Shown: positions 14,890 to 24,940, counted from the first letter of the stretch. The stretch is 64,000 nt of DNA from an uncultured Verrucomicrobiae bacterium (GCA_963802515.1 CAWDIX010000003.1:345018-409017); one strand, 5' to 3'. Program-made: numbers and translations. Notes: generated by a model not told the origin, from the letters alone.

Positions 14890-16533
14890 CTACGAATGAT
14901 AGTTGTCAGCCAAAATCTTTTGGATATGAGCGATCGCTGTATTCTTTCTCCAGCGGAATTGGTTCGGGAAGGCTTGCCGGTCGTCCGGGCCGGTGGCCGT
15001 TCCGCGATAGAGCTTGTGACTGGACGGCATGTTTTCCTCGTCCACGGCAATTTCATTGTGATGCGGCAACGCGCCGCGCGTGCTGTAATCCGCCGCCTGC
15101 GCCAGGTCGAACGGCAGGCTGGTGAACCCTTCCCAAAACGTTGCCACCGGGTCGTACTTCTGTGCGTACCGGCCGGAGATGAGTTTGCCGGCCCATTGCG
15201 CCGCCGCCTGTTGCTTCGTTCCCTTCCACAAACTCGTGTTCATCGAGAAGGCATTGGAGGTGAGGTCAAGCGGCGGCAGTGATGGGTCGGCGAGATTGGC
15301 GGTGTATTGCGGCGGTGCGACGAGATTCGCACTTGGGCTGTAAACCACGGCCTGTCCCTGCGGCGATGCGGCGTTTTGAAGCACGGCAAAATGGCAGTAG
15401 GACGTGTGCGCGTAGAAATCGCCGATGGAGTGGGCAGCGGCGCCGAAGCTGCCCCAATCGGTGTTGTCTTTGGCGAATGCGGCGAGGCGTGCGTTCACCC
15501 GGTCCCAACTATCTGGAATGTAACCATTATCGAAATGGTCGCGTGGGTCGTAGGTGAGGATGTTGGCGTCCAGCCACAGGCTTTTGCGTTTGATGGCGCT
15601 GATGGCTGAGGCGGGAATTTTGCCGCCAAGGGCCAGGTCGTAAATGCTGTTGTGAACACCCATGGCGAAGCTGGGATCGAACTTTTTCCAGAATTTCCGG
15701 GTGCGGCAGTAATCATCGAACTTCGTGTTCTTGCTGATATTGCGGGAATGAATCAGCCAGAGATGGTCCACGTTGAACACAAAGTGCGGGACATATTCCA
15801 CTTTCTGCGCGAGTTGCTTACCGCGGCCAGGACGCGATTTGCCGGTGCGACCGCCGACCTTGGTCATGGGTTCAAGGATTTCCCACACAGACGCTTCGTT
15901 CTGGTACATAACCCAGCAGTGGTCGTGCTTCTGCTCTTTCCCGTCCGGCAAGGTGATGTGCAGCCTGCCGAGCGCCACGCGGACGCAATAGCCGCTGATT
16001 CCCGACGCCATCAGCAAGGCGGCCAGCAGGAACGCGAGGTCTTCGCAGTCGCCGCCTTTTTCATGGAGCGTTTCGTCCGGATACAACCAGGCATCGGGAC
16101 AACCGGGCGTGACGTTGGCTTTGGGCAAATAGCGCAAGTCCCTGAACGATTCGAGAATCGTATCCGCCCGGAAATCGAAACTGCCCTGTAGATGGGACCG
16201 GAACTTCGCCTGGTCCTCAGCCGACAATTTCTTGATGATGTCGCCCAACCTTTCGCCCACGACGGCGTTGTTGGTGGTCGTGAGATATTCACGGATATCA
16301 ATATTGTAGCGCGATTTGGATTTGGAGCCCGGAATGGTCCGCGAAGCCGGGACGATGGGCAGATGAACAATTTCATCACCATTCCAATTCCAGTCATCCC
16401 ACGGTTTCACTGCCGATATTTGTAAGCACATACGTTGACTGGTTGATCCTCCGTCGCGCACGGCGCTATGGAGGACAGGGAGTTGATGGTTGAAAGTTGA
16501 GTGTTGAGAGTCAAGCGGCAAGTCCGAGGCCAA
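14890..16533 (-). CDS. fusion protein: transglutaminase-like cysteine protease core + Het-C / zinc-phospholipase-C-like domain
   Basis: GGDCEDLAFLLAALLMASGI (Cys), HDHCWVMY (His) and WEILEP fit the transglutaminase core. AAHSIGDFYAHTSY and LPHHNEIAVDE fit the Het-C/VWA7-N type H..DFY.H(S/T).. and HH.E..D motifs. Start uncertain (TTG 16533, ATG 16431). Confidence 0.65.
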   Translation of the reverse strand: MASDLPLDSQHSTFNHQLPVLHSAVRDGGSTSQRMCLQISAVKPWDDWNWNGDEIVHLPIVPASRTIPGSKSKSRYNIDIREYLTTTNNAVVGERLGDIIKKLSAEDQAKFRSHLQGSFDFRADTILESFRDLRYLPKANVTPGCPDAWLYPDETLHEKGGDCEDLAFLLAALLMASGISGYCVRVALGRLHITLPDGKEQKHDHCWVMYQNEASVWEILEPMTKVGGRTGKSRPGRGKQLAQKVEYVPHFVFNVDHLWLIHSRNISKNTKFDDYCRTRKFWKKFDPSFAMGVHNSIYDLALGGKIPASAISAIKRKSLWLDANILTYDPRDHFDNGYIPDSWDRVNARLAAFAKDNTDWGSFGAAAHSIGDFYAHTSYCHFAVLQNAASPQGQAVVYSPSANLVAPPQYTANLADPSLPPLDLTSNAFSMNTSLWKGTKQQAAAQWAGKLISGRYAQKYDPVATFWEGFTSLPFDLAQAADYSTRGALPHHNEIAVDEENMPSSHKLYRGTATGPDDRQAFPNQFRWRKNTAIAHIQKILADNYHS

Positions 16534-16599
16534 TCAGGCAACGGTCGAGGATGACACCAAAATATCCTGAAAACTGTGCGGCAGCACAGCTCTACCACA

Positions 16600-16670
16600 G
16601 AAAATCCGTGTTCCTTCGCGCGATTCGTGCAAAAATATCTTTGCGTCCTCTGCGCTCTTTGCGGTTAATC
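16600..16670. repeat. cacaaaag-family repeat, inverted orientation
   Basis: Its reverse complement (aaccgcaaagagcgcagaggacgcaaagatattttt...) parallels ccgcaaaaacgcacaaaaggcgcagacattttt of R2. Confidence 0.5.
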
Positions 16671-17417
16671 GGCATCCGGGGCCGTCTGCTGAAGGCGCTT
16701 GAGGTCCTGAAATTCCAGCGGGTCGTAGATGCTGCCGCCGTTAAACCAGGATGTGGGTGCCGGCCCTTTCCACTTCCAGAATTCCGCATGGTCGTCGGCA
16801 AAGACCCACACGACGCCGTTCTGATGCCATCGGGCGGGGATGTTGAGCCACTCGTCCACTTTGGAGGAATACAGGAACAGGCCCTCGTCAATGGACCGGG
16901 GATCCTCGTCAAGAAACGTGAGGCTGGTCGAAGGATGCCGTATCGCGGTCGATTTACGCACGAGTTGGACCTGAAAGTTGGTCTCATAATCTTCGCCACC
17001 CATGTAGCCGCTCAACGACACGCTGCGCAACCGGGGCGTGGTGGTGCCGACAATGACATTCTGGTCCGCCGGACAATGAAATACCTGGATGTTCTGCACA
17101 TACGGATAAAGGGAACCACTGGTGATGGTTGCCGGGTCCCCATCCAGAAAGGTGTTGCCCGTCACCCAGCACCCCGCGGGACTGCGGTGGACGCCGTCAA
17201 TGTAACTTCCAAGATTCAACGCCAGTTGGTCATCGGCTTCAGAGGTATAAATCTCCCAACCCAGGCCAAGTTGTCTTTGATTGTTGAGGCAAGTGATTCT
17301 GTGGGCGCGCCCTTTGGCCGCGGACAAGGCGGGCAGCAACAACGCGGCCAGGATGGCAATTATGGCGATCACCATCAGCAGTTCAATCAAGGTAAACGCG
17401 CTGGATTTGCGTTCCAC
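16665..17417 (-). CDS. DUF1559 protein with prepilin-type N-terminal cleavage/methylation domain
   Basis: [29 protein letters not shown] followed by the DUF1559 body and a C-terminal FADDH motif. A GTG at 17417 gives [14 protein letters not shown]. The longest ORF reaches 17540. Confidence 0.85.
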   Translation of the reverse strand: MERKSSAFTLIELLMVIAIIAILAALLLPALSAAKGRAHRITCLNNQRQLGLGWEIYTSEADDQLALNLGSYIDGVHRSPAGCWVTGNTFLDGDPATITSGSLYPYVQNIQVFHCPADQNVIVGTTTPRLRSVSLSGYMGGEDYETNFQVQLVRKSTAIRHPSTSLTFLDEDPRSIDEGLFLYSSKVDEWLNIPARWHQNGVVWVFADDHAEFWKWKGPAPTSWFNGGSIYDPLEFQDLKRLQQTAPDAD

Positions 17418-17883
17418 TATGGTTAAGACAACCTGGCTCCAGGTTTGTTTCAGATTAAAAAAGCTGTTTAATAGAACTGCAAGGCCGGAAAGGGCTTCCA
17501 AACCGGATCCCGGCGGGTCTGCGAAGTGAAACGCAACCAATTTCAGGAAAGAATACCACTGGCATCACGTTCATTTTAAATTCCCCTAAATCCCTGTGTA
17601 CGAATGAAGTCTGCAAAGGATGAATTGTCACGCATTGTCGGAACTCGTCAACCGAGCCTGCTTTAACGCATGTTATCGAAAACGCCGGTGACATCAGTTT
17701 TGACTACAGGAACTTTCTTGCACCAAGGGGGTAAAGGCGGTTGAAGTTATCCACGTGAAACTTCACGAATATCCAGTGAAGCTTTCCGGCTATTCCAGGC
17801 AATGGTTCAACTCAAACACAAACAGACGAGAGCGGCAAAACCCGCCTTGGCCTGACTCTAAAAGGCAATAACCGCTGAAATCG

Positions 17884-18966
17884 ATGAAAGGAAACGCTCT
17901 GATGTCAATTGGAATGCTCGCCCTGGGCATGACAGTTGCACAATCCCAAACGTTGCTGAATTCGTGGGAAAACTCACTGGAGGGATGGGAAATTGTGGAG
18001 CCGAATTGGACCACAACGGGATTCAGCACAACGACCGGGGCGACCAGTGGATTGTACAGTTGGAATCTGACCGCGGCCACCAGCCCTGATTTCGGCACCG
18101 CGCTCGCAGGACCATCCTCCACGGCTCTGGCCGCATTGCTGGCCAACGCCGGTTCTCTCAGCGTGGACGTTCTGACGCCGGTCGCCGGCAGCTTTGGCGA
18201 TTACTTGCTGTTTGACTTGCACGTTGTCCAGCCGGGAGGTCTGGGTGACGTGAGCCTCGATGGCGGCGCTTACAACCAAAGCCCGTCCGTCGGCGGACCG
18301 GAATCAACCTTGACCTGGACCGTTCCGCAGTCGGTCAGGATTGCACTGCAGAACAATCCATCACTGCCCTGTTATATGATTTTTCAGATCGGCGGCGGTG
18401 GCGGCGGGACAATGTATGTGGACAACCTTCGCGCCACTCTTCTGCCGCCTCCCGCTCCCGCCCAGCTCTGGGTTCGCGAGCTGTGGGATGACCTCAGCGG
18501 TGAGGAGATTCCCGCCCTCGTTGCGGTCACTGACGGTTCTTCCTCGGTTGGTTTTGATGCCGCTTCGCCATGGGTGGTTAACCCGGCCGAAACGAACAAC
18601 TGCAAATTGATGGCGTTTCGCGGAGGTTCTGGGAATGAACCCGAAGCAGGAACCAGCGCGATGGGATTGCCCGGAACGCTCGACGGTTCCTTCGGATGCA
18701 TGGTCCAGGAAAACGGCGGTTTCAGTTTCTTCCCGGGCCCTGGTGGTCCTGATTTCTGGAGTGATGGGATTTTCATGACCCGGGAGCTTGCCCCAAACAA
18801 CTACATCAATTTTCTGGCCGCGGGCGAGTACTGGTTCTCGATGACGATCGCAAACGGGACCAACTCGCTGGATGCCCAATACGTCATCTTCCCAGCTTCG
18901 GGCGCCGGCGGCTTTGGTTTTGCCGATGGCACCACGACCAACGCCGATTTTGTTGCGGCGGGGTGA
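17884..18966 (+). CDS. secreted hypothetical protein (probable N-terminal part of a split PA14-domain protein)
   Basis: Signal peptide MSIGMLALGMTVAQSQ. Ends in a G-run, overlapping the next ORF by 4 nt. Confidence 0.6.
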   Translation: MKGNALMSIGMLALGMTVAQSQTLLNSWENSLEGWEIVEPNWTTTGFSTTTGATSGLYSWNLTAATSPDFGTALAGPSSTALAALLANAGSLSVDVLTPVAGSFGDYLLFDLHVVQPGGLGDVSLDGGAYNQSPSVGGPESTLTWTVPQSVRIALQNNPSLPCYMIFQIGGGGGGTMYVDNLRATLLPPPAPAQLWVRELWDDLSGEEIPALVAVTDGSSSVGFDAASPWVVNPAETNNCKLMAFRGGSGNEPEAGTSAMGLPGTLDGSFGCMVQENGGFSFFPGPGGPDFWSDGIFMTRELAPNNYINFLAAGEYWFSMTIANGTNSLDAQYVIFPASGAGGFGFADGTTTNADFVAAG

Positions 18967-21011
18967 CGGGTCTCAATCTTTTCCTTGGCCCGGGCGCGAC
19001 CAACGCCAGCAAAGCCCTTTATATTTCCCAAGGCACCCTGGGGCAGCCAGGCGATCCCTACTCGGTGTCCAACTCGCCGGCGCCCACGGCTGCTTATTCC
19101 CAGACCAATTTCACAGGCGGCCCGTACCATATCAACGCGTTCGGCACCCAGACCGTGGGCCACGTCAATGGGGATTACATCACGCTGTTGGGACGCCTCA
19201 AGACTTACGGAAATGGCACCGCCACTTTGGACGCCAAATACTATTATTATGCCACGGGCGTGGTGGGGAATTCCTGGAACACCGAGTTGGACATGAACAC
19301 CAACAACATCACGTGGGATTGCAGCTATTCCTTTAACTTCAGCGGCACGATGACCAGAATGCTGCTGTTCGAGAATGGCCAGTTCCCGTTCTACGTGTTT
19401 GGCTTCCGGGCCAGCAGGAATTTCCCGGACGTCGTGGGCCTGGATCCCGGGCGCATCGAGGTGACGCCCGTACCCAACAGCCCTGCCATCAATATGACCA
19501 ATCTGGCGGTGGAAGCCAACTCCTGGTCCTGGTCCTCTCCGCCCGGTGGCTACGGAACTCTGAATTACCAATGGTACCAAAACAGTGTGCCAATCGGCGG
19601 AGCCACATCGCAATACCTCAACCTTCCCCACACTTCCCTCACTGATCCCAACATGCCGTTTGGCACGGACACCGGCACCTTCACCAGCGTGGCGACGGAT
19701 CCCAGCGGCACCTGGGGCGCGGTCACTAACTCAGTGGTCATCAGCGGACTGCCGCCCCCGCCGCCAATGGTGACGGGTGTGCAGATGTTCCACAGCCAGA
19801 ACAGCATCCTGGTGACTTTCAGCGAGGCAAATCTCACCGGCGCCGGGGCGACGGACCATTATGTTTTCAGCGGCGGAATTGTCGCGACGAGTGTCACCGT
19901 CTTCAACACCCCCAGCAACTCCGTGGCGCAGATTCTGACCTCACCCCTGCCGGTGGGAACCAGGATAACCTTGACCATCAGCGGCATAACCAATCTGACG
20001 GGAGAAGGCCTTGTCAACCCCAACAAAACGTTCTGGACGGATCTCATCCAGACCGGGGTTGTCAATTGGGAGGCTTGGCTGTGCCCTTTCGCGAGCGATT
20101 ATGATTATTTCAACATCTTCGTTCCGACCAACCCATCCCCGCTTATTCTCCAATCCATGGCACTTGACTCCGGGGAAGGCCCGTCGAGTGGTGTCACCCT
20201 GGTCGGCCTCGATGGCTATGTCGGCGACGATTTCGGCGGCAAGCTCTATGGCTGGTTCATTCCGCCGGTCACCACGAACTACGTATTTTTCATCTCTTGC
20301 GATGATGGCGGCAGGCTGTCCCTGAGCACCAATGCGTCCTCCACCAATCTGTTTGTAATCGCGTGTGACTCAGACTGGAACGGCAGGGATCAATGGACGA
20401 ACGCTGCAGACATGTTTCCGACCGGTTCCCATCGTGGAGACGGCAACACCAACTCCACGGTGCAACAATCACCCGCAACCGCCTGTCTGCAAAACCGTTC
20501 CGACCAGTTTATTGTCGCCTACTACGACAGCACCGGATTACCCGGCGGCCCGCCGGGCGCCATTGATCAGATGAACTGGGCGGAGTATGCGGAGTCGCAG
20601 GTCTGGTATTGTGTACTGCCTGGATCGCCTCTCTGGCCGAACAGGGATGTTTATGGGCAAGCCCTCATCACGTTGCAGGCCGGCCAGATGTATTATATGC
20701 AGCTCGAACACGTTCAAAATGGCGGAGGCTACAACGAAAGCATCACCTACAAGATTGCGGGTGCTCCGGATCCGCATTCACCGTCACCGTCCATTCTGGC
20801 CGGTGTCAACATTGCCGGTTTCGCGCCGTTCAAGCCGACCCTATCCATCGCCGAAACCGCCGATGGACCTCAAATCACCTACACGGGGATTTTGCTCGCC
20901 GGCACGACGCTTTCAACCATCACCAATCAGGTGGCCATCTCGTCGAATGGCCTGTCGTTGTACAGCCCGCCCGACACCAGGATCGGCATGTTCTATCGAA
21001 CCGGTGAATAG
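18963..21011 (+). CDS. PA14-like domain protein (probable continuation of 17884-18966)
   Basis: No signal peptide. GKLYGWFIPPVTTNYVFFISCDDGGRLSLS and YYMQLEHVQNGGGYNESI resemble the PA14/GLEYA fold. Confidence 0.6.
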   Translation: MTGLNLFLGPGATNASKALYISQGTLGQPGDPYSVSNSPAPTAAYSQTNFTGGPYHINAFGTQTVGHVNGDYITLLGRLKTYGNGTATLDAKYYYYATGVVGNSWNTELDMNTNNITWDCSYSFNFSGTMTRMLLFENGQFPFYVFGFRASRNFPDVVGLDPGRIEVTPVPNSPAINMTNLAVEANSWSWSSPPGGYGTLNYQWYQNSVPIGGATSQYLNLPHTSLTDPNMPFGTDTGTFTSVATDPSGTWGAVTNSVVISGLPPPPPMVTGVQMFHSQNSILVTFSEANLTGAGATDHYVFSGGIVATSVTVFNTPSNSVAQILTSPLPVGTRITLTISGITNLTGEGLVNPNKTFWTDLIQTGVVNWEAWLCPFASDYDYFNIFVPTNPSPLILQSMALDSGEGPSSGVTLVGLDGYVGDDFGGKLYGWFIPPVTTNYVFFISCDDGGRLSLSTNASSTNLFVIACDSDWNGRDQWTNAADMFPTGSHRGDGNTNSTVQQSPATACLQNRSDQFIVAYYDSTGLPGGPPGAIDQMNWAEYAESQVWYCVLPGSPLWPNRDVYGQALITLQAGQMYYMQLEHVQNGGGYNESITYKIAGAPDPHSPSPSILAGVNIAGFAPFKPTLSIAETADGPQITYTGILLAGTTLSTITNQVAISSNGLSLYSPPDTRIGMFYRTGE

Positions 21012-21150
21012 CACCCCATCTGCGCAGCACGCCAACTCTACCGGGTCGCGGGAAGCAAGGCAGCAAACATCGAACAAAGCCAGGGGACGAAGGACGGTCC
21101 GCCTTCGCAGGATTACGACGCGACAAGCCACGAGGAACAAAGCGGAATCG

Positions 21151-21230
21151 CCACAAAAGAACGCAAAGCGCACAAAGAAAATGGAATTATCAGGTTCTAT
21201 TTTTGCGATCTCTGCGCGCTATTGCGGCTA
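21151..21230. repeat. cacaaaag-family palindromic repeat
   Basis: The arms cgcaaagcgcacaaagaaaa and ttttgcgatctctgcgcgctattgcg are imperfect reverse complements of each other. Confidence 0.5.
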
Positions 21231-21257
21231 AAAGTATTTCGGCCCGTCATTCGCTTT

Positions 21258-21337
21258 GCCCTGCCCTTCACAGGGCACCTCATCCGGCTGCGCCACCTTC
21301 TCCCCATCGGATGCGAAGAAGGACAGGGACAGGGCGG
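21258..21337. repeat. GEG-hairpin family repeat
   Basis: ccttctccccatcggatgcgaagaaggacagggacaggg parallels 2889-2928, 6441-6480 and 50325-50381. Confidence 0.5.
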
Positions 21338-23659
21338 TCACGGTTGCCACAGCACGCGCCAGAATCGCTGCGACGGTGACGCGGAAATGGAGTTGGTAAG
21401 ATTGAGCGTAGCGGCCGTGAGCGTGTTGGTGCTGACTGAAGTCCAGTTGATCAGATCGCTGGATTGCTGGACGATGTAAGGAACCCCGATCAGGCCCTGA
21501 ATCTGAAATGCGAATTGGCTCGCGCCCGGTGGTTTCGGAAGGGCCAGCAGGGTTGCGGGCGCCGGTGATAACGCCAGCACGGTCGCTGAGTAAGGTGCGA
21601 ACACATAGTCGAAATTGGTTCCGGCGCCGGAAAAACCGGTCTGGGCAATGTCCGGTGAGCCGATGCCCGTTTCCGCGGCGTTGTCCTGCGGCATTCCATA
21701 GGAATAAACGCTCGCATCCGGACCCGGGACGTAGCCCACCATCGCCACTTGCCCCGTGAACGTGTTGACCGGGTCTTTGTTGATGGCCAGAACGGTCAGG
21801 ATGCCGTCGAGCCGCCGGACTGCGGAGACCGAAAGCAGCGAATAATCGTTGGTCGCCGTCAGCACGGTATCGCCGGCTTGAACGAAGTGTTGCATGAGCT
21901 TGAAGGTGTAGAACGTCGGATAGCGCGTGTTCAGGTCGCCGATGACGCCCAGATCACCGTTGGTGCGCCAGCCATAGAGCGAGGCCGAAAAGTCGCCACT
22001 GTTGTCCGTGCTATTCCGCAAATCCCACCAGATGAATGAATTGAACTCCGTCTTCGTCAATTGCGCGAGGCTGTCCGCCAGATAAAGGCCGTTGACGAGG
22101 CTGGTGGATTGTTTGCCCTGATTGCCGGAATCGGCATTGTTCTCCGTGGCCAGCAGTTCGATGTTGGTCCCTTTGCTGCCAACATAATCAGTGATTTGCT
22201 GGCGCAGATCGGGGGCGTCGGATGCCCAGTTGACCGAGGCTTGCAGCAAGGCCTGGTCGTTGTCCGAGCCGTATTCGGAATAGAAGTGGTCCACGAGAAA
22301 ATCCGGCGTTACGGCCGCTGCACTCAGCGTGGCGAGCATCACCGGCGTCCAGCCGTTGTGAAAGACTCCTTCACGCGAGTTATAGGCCGGATGACTGGTA
22401 TTGTTGACGTAAGATTCCTCGCCGGGCGCGGACACCACGCCGATCTTGATCGCAGGGTCCACGGTCTTCATCAAGCCAATGTAATTCGTGGCGCGCAAGA
22501 CGTAGGTGTAGGGATCGTGGGCCAACGAATTGCTGTCGGCTTCCCAGCCGCCGTAACACTCATTTCCAACTTCCCAATACTTGAATGCCAGCGGCGCGGT
22601 CCGCGAGATGCGGAGGAAATTTTTACCGTCGTCGCTCCCCAATGGCGCGGCGGCACGCAGCGAAGCCCAATATCCCGCCGTCTGCCAGTTGGTGCCTTTG
22701 GCGTCAACGCCCAGGGACAGCGTGTTGGTGGTCGCGGCATTGCAATACGCCACCCAGGCCGCGGCTTCCTGCGGCGTGCCGGTGCCGTAGTTGACAGTGA
22801 CGATGGCCTGGGCATTGACGCTGGCGTTGGTGATGACGTGAATGAAATTGGCGAGGGACGTCCCCCATCGAAATGTATTCGTGCCCGACTGGTCCAGCAC
22901 CCAATGATATTCGTCCGAAAGAGAACCGCCCGGCAGGCGAATAATGTGCGTGCCCAGTTCGTTGAGCAGCGAAACCGTCGTGGGTGTATCGTAGTAACCG
23001 TCCCACACGGCCGCGTTCAACCCGAACCAGCGCGCGTCGGCGGTACGGATGGGCTGGCTGGCGTTGACGATCAGATGGACGAGCGTGGGTGGCGGCACGA
23101 CCGCGTCGAGCTCGATGTCGTCCAAATAGAAAGTGGGTTCCGTAGAATTCGCCGAGTCCTGAATGACAAAACCGGTAAAGTTCGTTGCGTTGGCCACGCC
23201 CAGGGCCGACAGGGAGACCGTATATTGCGCCCACTTATTGGCTGCCGGTGCAGCCAGATAATAACGGGCGCTCTGCACCGTTGTGCCAAGAATGCCATAC
23301 ATCTGGAGCTGTTGTCCACCGCTGGCACCGCCGTTCAGCCAGAAGCTGATGCTGGCGAAGGCACTATTCGTCATGCCGGGATGATTCAACCCAATGCCGC
23401 CGTAGGCACTGGTGATGGTCACACTGATGGAATCGCTGCCGGAATGCACCGGTGAGGGTGAGGTGGTTGCGTAGTTCAGTGTGACATTATAACTTCCGTC
23501 CGACCAGCCGTTGGTCAGGGAGTCGATATAGATTGGCACACTGACCTGGGCCAGCGAGACAATGGGAGCGGCCAGCGCCGCCACCAGGATCCGCTTCGAC
23601 AATCGTTGAGTAAGCCCATGCACGGCACGGTCTTGTAAAAGCATTGAGTACTTTAGCAC
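21338..23659 (-). CDS. secreted clan GH-A TIM-barrel glycoside hydrolase (GH51/GH79-like) with N-terminal CBM-like region and C-terminal FWRV module
   Basis: IIRLPGGSLSDEYHW and YWEVGNECYGGWE (acid/base Glu context). N-terminal signal anchor. The C-terminus ends QRFWRVLWQP. Confidence 0.65.
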   Translation of the reverse strand: MLKYSMLLQDRAVHGLTQRLSKRILVAALAAPIVSLAQVSVPIYIDSLTNGWSDGSYNVTLNYATTSPSPVHSGSDSISVTITSAYGGIGLNHPGMTNSAFASISFWLNGGASGGQQLQMYGILGTTVQSARYYLAAPAANKWAQYTVSLSALGVANATNFTGFVIQDSANSTEPTFYLDDIELDAVVPPPTLVHLIVNASQPIRTADARWFGLNAAVWDGYYDTPTTVSLLNELGTHIIRLPGGSLSDEYHWVLDQSGTNTFRWGTSLANFIHVITNASVNAQAIVTVNYGTGTPQEAAAWVAYCNAATTNTLSLGVDAKGTNWQTAGYWASLRAAAPLGSDDGKNFLRISRTAPLAFKYWEVGNECYGGWEADSNSLAHDPYTYVLRATNYIGLMKTVDPAIKIGVVSAPGEESYVNNTSHPAYNSREGVFHNGWTPVMLATLSAAAVTPDFLVDHFYSEYGSDNDQALLQASVNWASDAPDLRQQITDYVGSKGTNIELLATENNADSGNQGKQSTSLVNGLYLADSLAQLTKTEFNSFIWWDLRNSTDNSGDFSASLYGWRTNGDLGVIGDLNTRYPTFYTFKLMQHFVQAGDTVLTATNDYSLLSVSAVRRLDGILTVLAINKDPVNTFTGQVAMVGYVPGPDASVYSYGMPQDNAAETGIGSPDIAQTGFSGAGTNFDYVFAPYSATVLALSPAPATLLALPKPPGASQFAFQIQGLIGVPYIVQQSSDLINWTSVSTNTLTAATLNLTNSISASPSQRFWRVLWQP

Positions 23660-23965
23660 AGCGTGTTGTTATCTCAACAATGGCTTCGCCAGGATCCGGC
23701 CACGCTACAGCCACAGGTTGTGTTTACCCGGCCAACAGGTTATTCAATTCCGCCCAAAGTGGCCCGCCGGGCACATTAGCCGGCAAAAACAATTCCAAAC
23801 CGGTTTAAACCAGTTGCGGGTCGGGGGTTGAGAGTTTGTCCTTGTTATTCACAATCCGCGCCCAACTGAGTTCAACCGCGGTTGAAAATATTCCGCCGCG
23901 GGCCGTTTCTGCTCGAATCGAACTGCTTGGCCCCGGATTCAAATTACGATTAAACTCAGGGCGCG

Positions 23966-24940
23966 ATGAACAAGCTTGGAATCTTTGTGGATTTTGCGTT
24001 GGCCCCGGATGTTTTGGAATTGCTGCAAGCCGGAACCCGGGGGCACCGGTTGGTTTTTCCCAAAACGCCCGTGTCATCCGTCCTGGCCAAAGCGGAGCGT
24101 GATCCGCAATTCGCCATGGTAGATGTCGCCTTTGGCCAGCCCGAACCCCAGGCGATTGCGGAGGCCATCCAACTGAAATGGATTCACGTCAGCTCGTCGG
24201 GAATCACCCGTTATGATAACTCGCCGTTTCGCGCGCTGATGGCGGAACGCAAAATCGCGGTGACCAACAGCGCGAGCGTCTATAACGAAGCGTGCGCGGT
24301 TCACGCCTTGAGCTTCATGCTGGCGCAGGCCAGAAAGCTGCCGCTGGCGCTCAAGACCCGCGCGGCCAACGGCTCGAAAGACTGGTATGGCATTCGCGGC
24401 TCTTCCGGGACGCTCCGGGGCGAAACCGTCCTCATCCTGGGTTACGGCGCGATTGGCAAACGGCTGGCCGAATTGCTCCGCCCCTTCGATATGAAGGTCA
24501 TCGCTTACCGCCGGAAGGAACGCGGTGACGAGGGCGTGCCGGTCGTCACCGGCGGCCAACTGTTCCGCGCCCTGGCCGCGGCCGATCACGTCGTTAATAT
24601 TCTCCCGGACAGCGCGGAGACACGCTATTTTTTCGATGCCGCGCGGTTTATGGCCGTGAAGCCGGGCGCCATCTTCTACAACATCGGCCGCGGCACGACA
24701 GTCAATCAGGACGCCCTGACGGATGCGCTGCGTTCAGGGCGCGTCGGGGCGGCATGGCTGGATGTGACCGAGCCCGAACCTTTGCCGGACGGGCATCCGC
24801 TTTGGGCTGGACCCAATTGTTTTATTACCCCGCATGTGGCAGGAGGACACAATGACGAAACCAAAACCCTGGTCCGCCATTTTCTTAAAAACTTTGAGCG
24901 GTTCGTTCGCGGAGAAGCACTGCTGGACCGGGTCATGTGA
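23966..24940 (+). CDS. D-isomer-specific 2-hydroxyacid dehydrogenase family protein
   Basis: NAD fold VLILGYGAIGKRLAELLRPFDMKVIAYRR, the DAL/GR.GAAWLDV region, and ITPHVAG. Confidence 0.85.
   Translation: MNKLGIFVDFALAPDVLELLQAGTRGHRLVFPKTPVSSVLAKAERDPQFAMVDVAFGQPEPQAIAEAIQLKWIHVSSSGITRYDNSPFRALMAERKIAVTNSASVYNEACAVHALSFMLAQARKLPLALKTRAANGSKDWYGIRGSSGTLRGETVLILGYGAIGKRLAELLRPFDMKVIAYRRKERGDEGVPVVTGGQLFRALAAADHVVNILPDSAETRYFFDAARFMAVKPGAIFYNIGRGTTVNQDALTDALRSGRVGAAWLDVTEPEPLPDGHPLWAGPNCFITPHVAGGHNDETKTLVRHFLKNFERFVRGEALLDRVM

Noticed and set aside
13998-14985. Integron-type attC sites, as an explanation for the repeated gene ends.
   Set aside because: The repeats are not imperfect palindromes, they retain a protein-coding pattern, and no intI-like tyrosine recombinase is present in the window.
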